Shown here in pieces: positions 27,107 through 36,423 of a stretch of 64,000 bases of DNA. The DNA comes from a virus. A model generated the notes under the pieces. That model worked only from the letters and a program-made list of their open reading frames with translations, was not told where the DNA came from and made no database searches. A program made the translations under genes and the position numbers. Location: positions 1,237 to 65,236 of IMG/VR virus record IMGVR_UViG_3300009514_000018; one strand, written 5' to 3'. Positions within the stretch are counted from its first letter, which is position 1. Each line of letters starts with the position of its first letter.

Positions 27107-28402
27107 ATGGCTTATTCAATTTTGAGAATAGAGGATTTCAATTACGATCCGGAAGTGCTGGCATTCATTCCGCCAGCATTGGCTCTCCGTCGTGTGGATT
27201 CCTCTGGTCGTTATAACCGACTCAGGCCTCTTCCCCCCGATGGAGGAGTCTTCTCCACCAGGATCTTCACCTGCGGCGCCATGGACATTGAGGAGGGCTG
27301 GAGGTTGGTCATTCCTGGGGCTTATCGCTGCTACCGGGTGGGAGAAGAGCTGGGGTTGCTCGAGCTTCAAATTTTCGATGGCTCCTCCTGGTGGTTCTAC
27401 AACGCGGCGACTCCTGCGTGGGAGGCCGTGGTAACCCCAGCAGCTGATTGGGGATCCGAGAGGGATACTCTCGTCAACTTCGCGTCTTACCCAGGTCGTA
27501 ATAGCCGAACTATCCAGGTCAGATGCAGGGTACTTCCCGATAGCGCCGGAAGGTGGGCTCCGAAGCCTAGCTACATGATGCTTGTCTGGCCTGTTGACCT
27601 AGAATTCGATCCTGTTGAAGATTTACTACGTTCAGTGAAGCGGAAAATCGATTCCTTGGCCTTTCCTGGAAGGTTGAAGACGATTTTGTCCTCTGCTACT
27701 GACCTTGTTCCCTTTGAGCACGGATTTACTCCACTTGCTTCGGGAAGATGGCGGGTGTACAATCTATCCGTAGATCCAAGAAGGGAAAGTGACCTATTCA
27801 GCGCTTGGGTGGATCCTAACGTCCAGCTGACCGCAGTTCAGCCCGCTGGGTCGGTGATCGAGGTCAGGTTCGAGGGGTCGGTTCAGACTTTTCTCTCCGC
27901 TGATGAGGAAGGGTACCTGAGCGCCAACCCCTCAGTAGTAGTCTTTCAGGATGGCGATGGTATGTTGGCTCGGGATGTTTCTCAGGCTGGACATGAGACA
28001 GTAATTGAAGAGGCTGGCCTGGAGACTTTCCGGAATGAGCATGTGGCGGAGACCGAGGAGATCCCTGTTAGGATCGTCGCCCAATCCAATCGCCATAAGG
28101 AGGCTCTCAACATTCTAAACAGGATCTCAGCGTGGTTCCAGAAGTACCCCAGGGTTCCCTCAGTCGGCCTTGGGGGCGAACCCGTTCAGCTGCGCTCAAT
28201 GTTGAGGCCTCCAATCAACCAAGCCAACGAGATCGGACGTGGCTTGTTTATGTATACTATGTTGCTTCGGGCCCTGCCCAAGCAATGGAACCTGAGCGCA
28301 AGTGACAACGGAAGCGATATTGAGTATGCTATGAAGGAACTTCACGTGACTCTGGGAGATCCTTCGGCAATCCTTCACGAAGTCACACTGTTGACAGGAT
28401 GA
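27107..28402 (+). CDS. Putative tail terminator with N-terminal extension
   Basis: Located directly before the sheath gene; 431 aa. Assignment is positional. Confidence 0.5.
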   Translation: MAYSILRIEDFNYDPEVLAFIPPALALRRVDSSGRYNRLRPLPPDGGVFSTRIFTCGAMDIEEGWRLVIPGAYRCYRVGEELGLLELQIFDGSSWWFYNAATPAWEAVVTPAADWGSERDTLVNFASYPGRNSRTIQVRCRVLPDSAGRWAPKPSYMMLVWPVDLEFDPVEDLLRSVKRKIDSLAFPGRLKTILSSATDLVPFEHGFTPLASGRWRVYNLSVDPRRESDLFSAWVDPNVQLTAVQPAGSVIEVRFEGSVQTFLSADEEGYLSANPSVVVFQDGDGMLARDVSQAGHETVIEEAGLETFRNEHVAETEEIPVRIVAQSNRHKEALNILNRISAWFQKYPRVPSVGLGGEPVQLRSMLRPPINQANEIGRGLFMYTMLLRALPKQWNLSASDNGSDIEYAMKELHVTLGDPSAILHEVTLLTG

Positions 28403-28413
28403 GGAGATAGATC

Positions 28414-31185
28414 ATGGTCGAAACACTGCATCCGGGAACTTATTTCACGGAGGAAGCCATTTCGGTCGCTGCCGAAGGTGTCTCAGCTTCCGTGGGAGGT
28501 TTCGTGGGGATGTCCCGCAAGGGACCCATCCACGTTTCCAAGCGCGTCACCTCCTGGGCTTCCTACAGGGAGTGGTACGGCGAGTACTTCTTCGACGCCG
28601 ACAACCCCCACCTTCCCATCGCCGTGAGGGCTTACTTCGACAACGGCGGAGCCTCGGCGTGGATCGCCAGGGCCGTCGGCGCCGGAGCTGACTGGGCCAG
28701 GCGGGCTCTCTACGATCACGGCGTTGACCCATTGTTGATCAGTAACGTGACCTTCACAGGCTGGGCCGGGAACCCTGGTCAGTGGGGCAACGAAGTGGCC
28801 GTCTGGACCACCAAGGCCCTCTCCCAGGGAGACACGGGGACAACTCTCTCCCCTCTGGATAATTCCTTGCTCCTCAAGTCGGTCACAGGCCTCGAGGTTG
28901 GTGATGTGGCCTACTTCTGGGTAGGCGCGGACTATGCTTCCGCGGTTATCCGGTCCATCTCGGGCAACACCATCAACTTCGATACTCTGGTGTGGTCCAA
29001 CGTGGGCGTCGCTTCCTTCTCCGAGCCCTTCGTGGCTACCAGCACCGTTCACAGGGCCAGGACCAGAACATCGCAGGCCGTCACCGCTGGTTCCTCTCTC
29101 ACCAGCCTCGATCTGGCCTCAGCTTCCGGGATCAAGGAAGGTGGCCATGTGATGGTGGTTCCCGCTAACGTCGCCGACGACACCGTAGAACTGATTATCT
29201 CCAGGGTGGATGGGAACACCATCTTCTTTCCCTCCACGACCTTCCCAGATGCGCTCCTTTCGGGGACGAGAGTAGTCTCTATGGAGTTCGACCTTCTGGT
29301 TTACGAGGAGGGTGTCCTCATCGAGGAGCATCGTTTCCTTTCCATGGAGTCTGGGTGCGAGGACTATATTCAGCGCCGCCTCGGGTGGAACCCTTCCTAC
29401 CCACCCCCTAGCCCCGCTGTGGCCGATGATAGCGAGAGCAGGAACATCGTGCTGCTGGATGCCAACTCCAACCACTCTGTGGGTGGGAGGGCCTTCATCC
29501 CGATGTCCAACGTTCCGACTTGGGACTTTGGCCTCGTGGCTAGCCGCTCTTTCCTCCTCACCTACGACATTGGCGCAGGTCCGGTGGCAGTAACTCCTAC
29601 ATGGTCCGGAGCCCGAGCCATCCTCCAGTCTGACTCGACCTCCAACCTCGTTTCTGGGGATCCTCCCTGGGATTCCACGGGAGTTGCTTGGGTTACGCCT
29701 AAGATCCTGGTGGTGGAGGTGAATGGAGGGATTGACCAGATCATCACCATCCAGAACACCTGGACTACCAGGGCCGAGGTACTCAACAACATCAATACTT
29801 TCATGGTGGGTGGTGCGGCTATTGAGGATCCCAATCCCGGCAAGATGAACTTCACTTCCGATACCATCGGGAACGACTCCAGTGTCGAGGTGAAGCCCGG
29901 AACGGATCCTGAGGTTCTGGATCTCCTGGGCTATACCGTTCCCATGGGTCACTTCGAAGCCGGTCACGATTTCGCCGATTCCAGGGCTGTGACCTCGACA
30001 GAGGTGGACGCTGTCATTCAGGCCGCTACTGGCCCCGGTAATGTCGAGCTGGATTACACGGTCTCCCCTCCTCAGCTGCTCATGTCCACTGCGTCGCCGA
30101 CCTGGGGTATGAACGTCGCTGACAACGGCGGTGATGACCTCGCCAGCTCGGTCTTCGGCTTCAGTCCCCTCTCCACCTGGGTGTGGGGTTCTGCCCTGTC
30201 TACCAAGATTTGGCTCTCTCTGCCCAGGCCTGTTCGTAAGGCCTATTTCGATAACGGCCTCGACGGAGCCGAGCCTGGCCCCGGTACTGGCGCCGAGACC
30301 TACATCGGGGACGTGTCTCCCGACTCGGGTCTCCAACTCTTCAACAACGTTGAAGAGGTGTCCTTCTTCTCCATCCCTGGGGCTGTGGGATCCTCCTCGC
30401 TGTTGCCCACCACCATGCAGGCAGCTTCTGACTGGGCTGACTCCAGGGCCAACCTGGTGTACATCAGCGCTGTTCCCCTGGATCGGGATCTGCCGGATGA
30501 GGCGGCGACCTGGAGAACCTCGCTCCTCAACAGGGACTCCAGCTACATGGGGCTCTACTATCCCTACCTGAAGATCGCTCACCCTCTCTATGCTGGGCGG
30601 CTCTTCGATACGCCTCCTGACGGCTTCGTGGCTGGCGTTTACGCGGCCCAGATCTCTGCGCGAGGTCCTCACATCGCTCCGGCTAATGTGGCCCTCAAGG
30701 GTGTCCAGGATGTCTTCTATAGGACCAGCAACGCCGATGGAGATCTGCTGAACCCCATCGGCGTGAACATCGTCAAGGTGTTCCCCACCAGGGGTATCAG
30801 GATCTGGGGTGCGAGGACTCTCTGGGCTTCCGAGGATGGCCGTCACCTGGTGACCGTCAGGAATCTCCTCAACTTCGTCAAGAAGACCGGTGAGGAGGCC
30901 CTCCAGATCTTCATCTTCGAGCCCATCAACAACGACCTCTTCTTGCGCATCAGGACTACCATGCAGGATATCCTGGAGAACCTGTGGCGCTCGGGAGCCT
31001 TCCCCTCTGCCACGAAGGCCGGGGCCTACCTGGTCAAGTGTGATGCCGAGACTACACCGCCATCGGAGCAGGCGAGGAACAGGGTGTTCTGTGATGTGAC
31101 GCTCTACAATCCTGCTCGATTCGCCGAAGCAGTGGTGGTCCGTTTGGCCATCTCTTCTGGTGGCGTCAGCACTACGGAGTTGTAA
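28414..31185 (+). CDS. Tail sheath protein
   Basis: N-terminal HPGTYFTEE..SASVGGFVG..KGP; C-terminal YYPYL, PPDGFVAG, LNPIGVN, IRIWGARTL and FEPIN motifs. Confidence 0.95.
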   Translation: MVETLHPGTYFTEEAISVAAEGVSASVGGFVGMSRKGPIHVSKRVTSWASYREWYGEYFFDADNPHLPIAVRAYFDNGGASAWIARAVGAGADWARRALYDHGVDPLLISNVTFTGWAGNPGQWGNEVAVWTTKALSQGDTGTTLSPLDNSLLLKSVTGLEVGDVAYFWVGADYASAVIRSISGNTINFDTLVWSNVGVASFSEPFVATSTVHRARTRTSQAVTAGSSLTSLDLASASGIKEGGHVMVVPANVADDTVELIISRVDGNTIFFPSTTFPDALLSGTRVVSMEFDLLVYEEGVLIEEHRFLSMESGCEDYIQRRLGWNPSYPPPSPAVADDSESRNIVLLDANSNHSVGGRAFIPMSNVPTWDFGLVASRSFLLTYDIGAGPVAVTPTWSGARAILQSDSTSNLVSGDPPWDSTGVAWVTPKILVVEVNGGIDQIITIQNTWTTRAEVLNNINTFMVGGAAIEDPNPGKMNFTSDTIGNDSSVEVKPGTDPEVLDLLGYTVPMGHFEAGHDFADSRAVTSTEVDAVIQAATGPGNVELDYTVSPPQLLMSTASPTWGMNVADNGGDDLASSVFGFSPLSTWVWGSALSTKIWLSLPRPVRKAYFDNGLDGAEPGPGTGAETYIGDVSPDSGLQLFNNVEEVSFFSIPGAVGSSSLLPTTMQAASDWADSRANLVYISAVPLDRDLPDEAATWRTSLLNRDSSYMGLYYPYLKIAHPLYAGRLFDTPPDGFVAGVYAAQISARGPHIAPANVALKGVQDVFYRTSNADGDLLNPIGVNIVKVFPTRGIRIWGARTLWASEDGRHLVTVRNLLNFVKKTGEEALQIFIFEPINNDLFLRIRTTMQDILENLWRSGAFPSATKAGAYLVKCDAETTPPSEQARNRVFCDVTLYNPARFAEAVVVRLAISSGGVSTTEL

Positions 31186-31186
31186 A

Positions 31187-31705
31187 ATGGCACTTCAGCT
31201 TCCAAAGTCCAGAAGGACTGACCCCCAGGTCGCCTACTCCTTCGAGGTGTTCACCGAGGATACGACCATTCCTCGGGGAACCCTCGGGTTCAGTGAGGTC
31301 AGCGGCTTGAGATCGACGACCAACGTGATCGAGTACAAGGAGGGAACGGACAACTACGTTCGGAAGCTGCTTGGGCGCACCACCGTAGAGAACCTGACCC
31401 TCCGTCGTGGCTTGGATCTCCAGGCCTACCTTCGCCGCTGGTATGACCTCGTGCGCGAGGACATCCACTCTACGGCGAGTGGGCAGCCCTCTCCAGAGGT
31501 TCGGAAGACCCTGTACGTCAAGCAGAAGTCCAGGGGTGCCGGGCGGGATGGGGAAGAGCTGAGGACTTGGATCCTTCGCCATGCGTGGCCCTGCTCTCTG
31601 GAGGTCTCCGACTTCCGTGGTGACGCTGATGAGGCCACCATCGAGAGCCTGGAGATCTGCTACGAGATCCAGGAAGAGGACATCACGATTCTGAACGACT
31701 TGTAG
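31187..31705 (+). CDS. Tail tube protein (T4 gp19-like)
   Basis: GFSEVSGL, IEYKEG, ENLTLRRG and WP.SLEVSDF motifs; ATG at 31187 follows the sheath stop. Confidence 0.92.
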   Translation: MALQLPKSRRTDPQVAYSFEVFTEDTTIPRGTLGFSEVSGLRSTTNVIEYKEGTDNYVRKLLGRTTVENLTLRRGLDLQAYLRRWYDLVREDIHSTASGQPSPEVRKTLYVKQKSRGAGRDGEELRTWILRHAWPCSLEVSDFRGDADEATIESLEICYEIQEEDITILNDL

Positions 31706-31749
31706 CCTGAGGCTCTGGTCGATTATTCACTTGCACTTCGGGCTTCGAA

Positions 31750-31785
31750 CAGGCTGAGGAAAGATCATGGTCTTTCCTCAGCCTG
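31750..31785. other. Perfect 15-bp-arm hairpin between tube and chaperone genes
   Basis: CAGGCTGAGGAAAGA-tcatgg-TCTTTCCTCAGCCTG; no U-tract follows. Confidence 0.8.
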
Positions 31786-31809
31786 AGTTCAGGCCAGTGG
31801 AGGAGCATT

Positions 31810-32622
31810 ATGTCGAAGTATACTCACCGAACCAAGAAGCTTTCTGAATTCTCTCCCCTAGTACTTCCCATCGGGGTAGCGCACGAGGGCAGCATCGACA
31901 AGACCTGCAAGGTCAAGGGTCTGAGCGCTGGTGCCAGGAGGAATTTGTCTCTCCTGTTCGAGCGTTACAAAGGAAAGATCACCAGTGATCGCTATCATGA
32001 GCTGGTGACTGTTCTCCTCCAGGATACAGTTGTCCAGGTGGGCCCCTTTATGGCGGAAGATGGGAGACCGCTCAACACCTCCATCCTCGACGGGCTCAGT
32101 TCCATCGATCGTGAGTTTCTCGCCTGGATGGGCATCCTCAAGAACTACGAAGGCGAGAACCGCAAGCATGGAGTTCAGCTGGTGGCCTTCAAGTGTCACA
32201 GCTGCGGGAAGACGGAGAAGGTCGAGTTCGATCCCTGGATCTTGCCCTGCGTCGATGTGGATCCCGCCTCCTGGGATGTTGAGGGGCAGTCAGTGCGGTA
32301 TAGCTGCGAGTTCCAGGGTCACCAGCTGCTCGTCATGGTGCCTAGCGGTAGCATCGAGAAGTCCCTCCCTGATGAGTCAGATCTTCACGGGCGGGCCATG
32401 GATGCGCTGGTGAAGCTGGTCGTCCAGATGGGCGACAAGAAGTTTCCCCTCACCATGGAGAGTCTCTCCAAGGAGCACTTCCTGTACCAGGACCAGCTGA
32501 ACCGAGCTATCAGGTTGGATCCCAACCCTGGCATCGACACTGTCCTTCAGACGGAGTGCGACTGCGGCGAGACGATGGAGGTGGTTCTGTCCTTCATCCC
32601 CTTTCTGTTTCCAGGAATGTAA
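31810..32622 (+). CDS. Tail assembly chaperone/baseplate hub assembly-like protein with zinc motifs
   Basis: Between tube and tape measure; CHSC and CDC motifs; PGIDT..C.CGE C-terminus. Confidence 0.75.
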   Translation: MSKYTHRTKKLSEFSPLVLPIGVAHEGSIDKTCKVKGLSAGARRNLSLLFERYKGKITSDRYHELVTVLLQDTVVQVGPFMAEDGRPLNTSILDGLSSIDREFLAWMGILKNYEGENRKHGVQLVAFKCHSCGKTEKVEFDPWILPCVDVDPASWDVEGQSVRYSCEFQGHQLLVMVPSGSIEKSLPDESDLHGRAMDALVKLVVQMGDKKFPLTMESLSKEHFLYQDQLNRAIRLDPNPGIDTVLQTECDCGETMEVVLSFIPFLFPGM

Positions 32623-32797
32623 GCCTGAGGAGGTAGAGCAAGTTCGAAGGGAGTGTTTCTTGATTTCGGCGAATCATTCAACCTCTTGGGGCTTCGATCC
32701 TAGTGTGGTGATGAAGATGCCTCGCAGTGAAGTTTGGTGGTACCTGGAGGAGATGGTCAAGGTCCGGAAAGAGCTTGACGCTAGGTCGGAGAAGTAA
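32615..32797 (+). CDS. Frameshift-accessed chaperone extension (lambda gpGT/P2 E+E'-like)
   Basis: Not in the ORF track. Open +1 frame ECKPEEVEQVRRECFLISANHSTSWGFDPSVVMKMPRSEVWWYLEEMVKVRKELDARSEK* ends 3 nt before the tape measure ATG. Confidence 0.65.
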   Translation, partial: ECKPEEVEQVRRECFLISANHSTSWGFDPSVVMKMPRSEVWWYLEEMVKVRKELDARSEK

Positions 32798-32800
32798 TCG

Positions 32801-35449
32801 ATGTTCTCTACTTTTGGTCTCTATTTTGTCCTTAGAGGACAGGACTTCTTGTCCCGCCATCTTCGTGCTGCCACAGGCGAGATGAAGAAGCTGGGCAAGG
32901 AGACCAAGGTCTCCACCCAGGCCCTTGAGCGCTATGAGCTGAAGCAGCGATCTGCTGCTGCCGAGGCAGCTCGCTGGGCTATGGTCAGCTACGGGGCTCT
33001 CCGAGCCATCCACGGGGCCACCAAGGCCGCTGGTGATTACCAATACCAGATGGTCGATCTCAAGAACGTTCTGGGCACCACTACCTCACAGACCAAGGAG
33101 CTAGGGAACGTCTTCAAGGATCTCTCTGGCAAGGTGGAGTACGGAAGCACCGCTCTGGCCAAGGGTGCTACGGATCTGGCTCGTTCTGGTATGTCCATGA
33201 AGGAGATTGCCACGGCAGTTCCGGTCATGGCCGATGTCATGACCGCTGGCCAGATCGATGCCAACTCTGCTGTGTCCCTCATGGTTCAGACCATGAGGGC
33301 CTTCAATATCGAGGCTGATCAAGTCCGTAGCACGATGGACAAACTGACTTATTTGTCCATCGCTACTCCTGCCTCTCTGAAGTTCCTCTCCGAGGGTATG
33401 AAGTACACAACCCGTGCCTCTGGGCTGCTCAAGCTCTCCCTCGAAGATACCATGTCCACGGTCGGTCTCCTGTCCCCCTTCATGATGAAGGCTGGTGCCA
33501 CCTCCAGGGCCTTCTCCCAGTTCATGATGCGCGTCGTCAAGCCCTCAGGGGCTGCTGTGGAGGCCATGAAGAAGCATGGGATCGCGGTCAAGACGACCTT
33601 CAAGGATGCCGGTGGAATCGAACAGACTAGACATCCACTTGAGATCCTGAACGATGTTATTACCCAGGCTAACGAGAAGATCTCGGGCAAGGAAGCCAGG
33701 GATAAGTTCCTGGCGACTTACCTTGGTATGCGGGCTGCGGCTGTAGCCGGTCTTGAGTTCGGGGCGGCGGTGAGAGATTCCAGCGGTAAGCTTCATCGAG
33801 GAATGATTCCTGCTCTCCGGGTTCTCCAGAAGGGCCTTGCAAACGCTGATGGTCTTCTCAAGGAACACTCTGGAAACCTCCGTAGTACCTACAACGTCAG
33901 CGTAGAGCGTCTGAACGCTCAGTGGTTGGGGTTCAAGAGGACTCTTGGTGAGAAGCTCTTGCCAGTCATGTCCAAGCTTCTCGAGGTGATGTCGGGATTC
34001 CTGGAGATCCTGGAGAAGACCGATAAGATGACTGGTGGGGGTGCCTCTACCATGATGGCCTATGGCATGATGGGTATAGCAGGTGGGGCACTCATCAATA
34101 CCCTTCGGTATGCTGGGGCAGGTCTCATGGCTCTACGTGGCTGGCATGTGGAGAGGATGGCTCTTGCTGGCGCCGGTACCGGTTCGCCTGCCATGCGTAG
34201 TGCTGGTGCGGCACTTATGGGAGGATCGGGTCAAAAGAATCTTGCATCGATTTCCAGGGGAGTAGGCAGCATCGGTATGCTTCTCAAGGGAACCCTGGCA
34301 GTGGGAGTGGCTTACATTGCTGCTGAGGCCATCGCCCAGTGGTTCAGCCAGAAGGGTATCGAGGAGCAGAAAGCAGCCCGGGAGAGGGCAGGAGGAAGAG
34401 CGGCTCTTACCTCGGCAGTGATGGCTGTTTACAAGACCGGCAAGATGACCAAGGCGCAGGGTGCAGCCCTCGGTACGGGGGGGCATAGCGAGCTTATGGC
34501 GGCCATGCTGATTCGTGCCAAGGAGCTGGAGTCTAAGCTTCCTGCGAAGGGCGAGGGCAGGAGAGCGATGGCACTCCGGATGGGTGAGTCGTTCTACGAT
34601 GAGATGTCGATGTTCCACTCTGATCTCCTTCAAAAGGTCAAGGCTTCCCGTAAAGACGTAGTCGGATGGATGGCTACTATTCTCGAAGGTGATCCTGGAG
34701 GCCCTGGGCGGCCAGGGGAGCCTGGTAGGACTGCACGCGGTAAGCTTGACTACGGGACGAAGTTCACTGGCCCTCATGCAGCAGCTATGAAGGCACATGG
34801 GATGTTCTTTGAGCTGTCTATGTTGAGTGAGCAGCTAAAGCCCTATGAACAGGAGCGTTTGCGACATGCCATAATGACGGAGTGGATAGATCGCAAACGC
34901 CTGGAGATTGAAAAGAAGCGCCTTTACCTGGCTTGGGGTTCTACGGATCCTGTCACAGGAGTTAGCGATCAGGCCCAGAAAGGCTGGAAAGAGGCCAAAG
35001 ATCTCGGTGCCCCTGACTGGGTAGCCGGATTGGCCGCAGGGGGCGGGATTGCTAAGGCTCTCTTTACGTTTGTTCCGGCTGTGCTAGAGGGAATCTTTAC
35101 CAAGGGCGTTCCTCTAGCTCGTCTCAGCGAAAAGGAACTGGAGTCAGCCTATAGGGCGGAGAGTGCTATAAATCCCGAAAAGATAGCTCGATCTCTTGTA
35201 GCTGGAGGAGTCCCAGACTTTATGGGTGATTTGACACCCGAGCAGCAGAAGAATTATGCCAAGTCTCTGAAACAAACTGCTGACTCTTTTCTACTATCCA
35301 CTAATCGGTGGGAGAAGCTCTTGGCTAAGCCTCCAGAGGCTAAGTTCCAGGTACAGCTGGTGACACCGGATGGCGTCCTAACAGGTGAGGCGACCGGACA
35401 GAGCCACAGTAACACCACTGTCCAATTGACCGCGAAGGGGACAAACTGA
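32801..35449 (+). CDS. Tape measure protein (TP901-like core)
   Basis: Ala/Gly/Met-rich helical protein; LARSGMSMKEI..AVP.MAD..TAGQID core motif; canonical position. Confidence 0.92.
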   Translation: MFSTFGLYFVLRGQDFLSRHLRAATGEMKKLGKETKVSTQALERYELKQRSAAAEAARWAMVSYGALRAIHGATKAAGDYQYQMVDLKNVLGTTTSQTKELGNVFKDLSGKVEYGSTALAKGATDLARSGMSMKEIATAVPVMADVMTAGQIDANSAVSLMVQTMRAFNIEADQVRSTMDKLTYLSIATPASLKFLSEGMKYTTRASGLLKLSLEDTMSTVGLLSPFMMKAGATSRAFSQFMMRVVKPSGAAVEAMKKHGIAVKTTFKDAGGIEQTRHPLEILNDVITQANEKISGKEARDKFLATYLGMRAAAVAGLEFGAAVRDSSGKLHRGMIPALRVLQKGLANADGLLKEHSGNLRSTYNVSVERLNAQWLGFKRTLGEKLLPVMSKLLEVMSGFLEILEKTDKMTGGGASTMMAYGMMGIAGGALINTLRYAGAGLMALRGWHVERMALAGAGTGSPAMRSAGAALMGGSGQKNLASISRGVGSIGMLLKGTLAVGVAYIAAEAIAQWFSQKGIEEQKAARERAGGRAALTSAVMAVYKTGKMTKAQGAALGTGGHSELMAAMLIRAKELESKLPAKGEGRRAMALRMGESFYDEMSMFHSDLLQKVKASRKDVVGWMATILEGDPGGPGRPGEPGRTARGKLDYGTKFTGPHAAAMKAHGMFFELSMLSEQLKPYEQERLRHAIMTEWIDRKRLEIEKKRLYLAWGSTDPVTGVSDQAQKGWKEAKDLGAPDWVAGLAAGGGIAKALFTFVPAVLEGIFTKGVPLARLSEKELESAYRAESAINPEKIARSLVAGGVPDFMGDLTPEQQKNYAKSLKQTADSFLLSTNRWEKLLAKPPEAKFQVQLVTPDGVLTGEATGQSHSNTTVQLTAKGTN

Positions 35450-36120
35450 TGCCTCGACCTCAGGTAGCTACAGGTGCTCCCGCGCAGCACAAGGGTTCCA
35501 TGTACTTGCGGGATAATGACAATATTTACATGCCATTTCAGTACTTTCCCGAGACCATCAGTATCAATCGGACTCGGAACATCGATGAGAGGCCCTTACC
35601 TCTTCGGTTCGCGCCGGTGAACTTCGATGCTTCGGCCAACGCTCCAACTGTCGAATTCACTGCGCTGTTCAACTCCTTCTTCGAGGATCTGAACCGCAGT
35701 CCGTTAGGTTGGCAGAACGTCATCCTTGAGTCTGACTGGGGTCAGACCGTTCCAGCGGTGGCCATCAATGACTTAAACCAGCTTTGGCGTCCAGATATGT
35801 ACGAGGTAGATCACGTCTGGGTATTGGATCTAGGCTTTCCTGTAGCTCCTCGAGAAGTTCTTATCGAGAGTTACGAGGAGACTCATATGTTCTACGAGCA
35901 GAACACAGCTTCTCCTCGTCGCACAGAGTATACTGTCAAGGCCAGGTTCTACTATGAGCTGGATGACCCGGAACGAGAGTACAGGCAGCCTACGGTCTCC
36001 AAGAAAACTGGTCCGTTCTTGTGTCCTAATCCAGATCTCGATTCTTTGGAGGCTGCCATTGGGATGAGCCTTACTCCTAATCAGCGGACTAAGGTGGCAA
36101 AGGCACTTCAGGGAGGCTGA
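35449..36120 (+). CDS. Putative tube initiator/baseplate protein
   Basis: Follows tape measure; PFQYFPETISINR motif resembles CIS tube-initiator proteins. Confidence 0.55.
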   Translation: MPRPQVATGAPAQHKGSMYLRDNDNIYMPFQYFPETISINRTRNIDERPLPLRFAPVNFDASANAPTVEFTALFNSFFEDLNRSPLGWQNVILESDWGQTVPAVAINDLNQLWRPDMYEVDHVWVLDLGFPVAPREVLIESYEETHMFYEQNTASPRRTEYTVKARFYYELDDPEREYRQPTVSKKTGPFLCPNPDLDSLEAAIGMSLTPNQRTKVAKALQGG

Positions 36121-36121
36121 G

Positions 36122-36415
36122 ATGCGGCGATACAGAAACACAGAGTGGTTTTTGGTTCAGCGAAGTGGCGAGCCCATCAGAGCATTTCATGAGCGCTTGG
36201 ATCTTTTCACCACGAACGACTTCGATCTCAAGCGTACAAGGACGCTGCTGACTACCTCACGCCAAGATCTGGATGAAGTTTCTTATGAATTCCTGTTTGA
36301 TACAAGGAAGTGGTATGTCATCGGGGAGATCAACTGGCCTACCATTGATGACCCTCTGGACCTCCCCGATGCGAAAACAGTCTTGATTCCCTCGGCGGAG
36401 CAGGTATTCGATTAG
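36122..36415 (+). CDS. Baseplate LysM/gpX-like protein
   Basis: DLDEVSY..WYVIGEIN..DPLDLP..VLIPS pattern. Confidence 0.7.
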   Translation: MRRYRNTEWFLVQRSGEPIRAFHERLDLFTTNDFDLKRTRTLLTTSRQDLDEVSYEFLFDTRKWYVIGEINWPTIDDPLDLPDAKTVLIPSAEQVFD

Positions 36416-36423
36416 GGTAGAAG

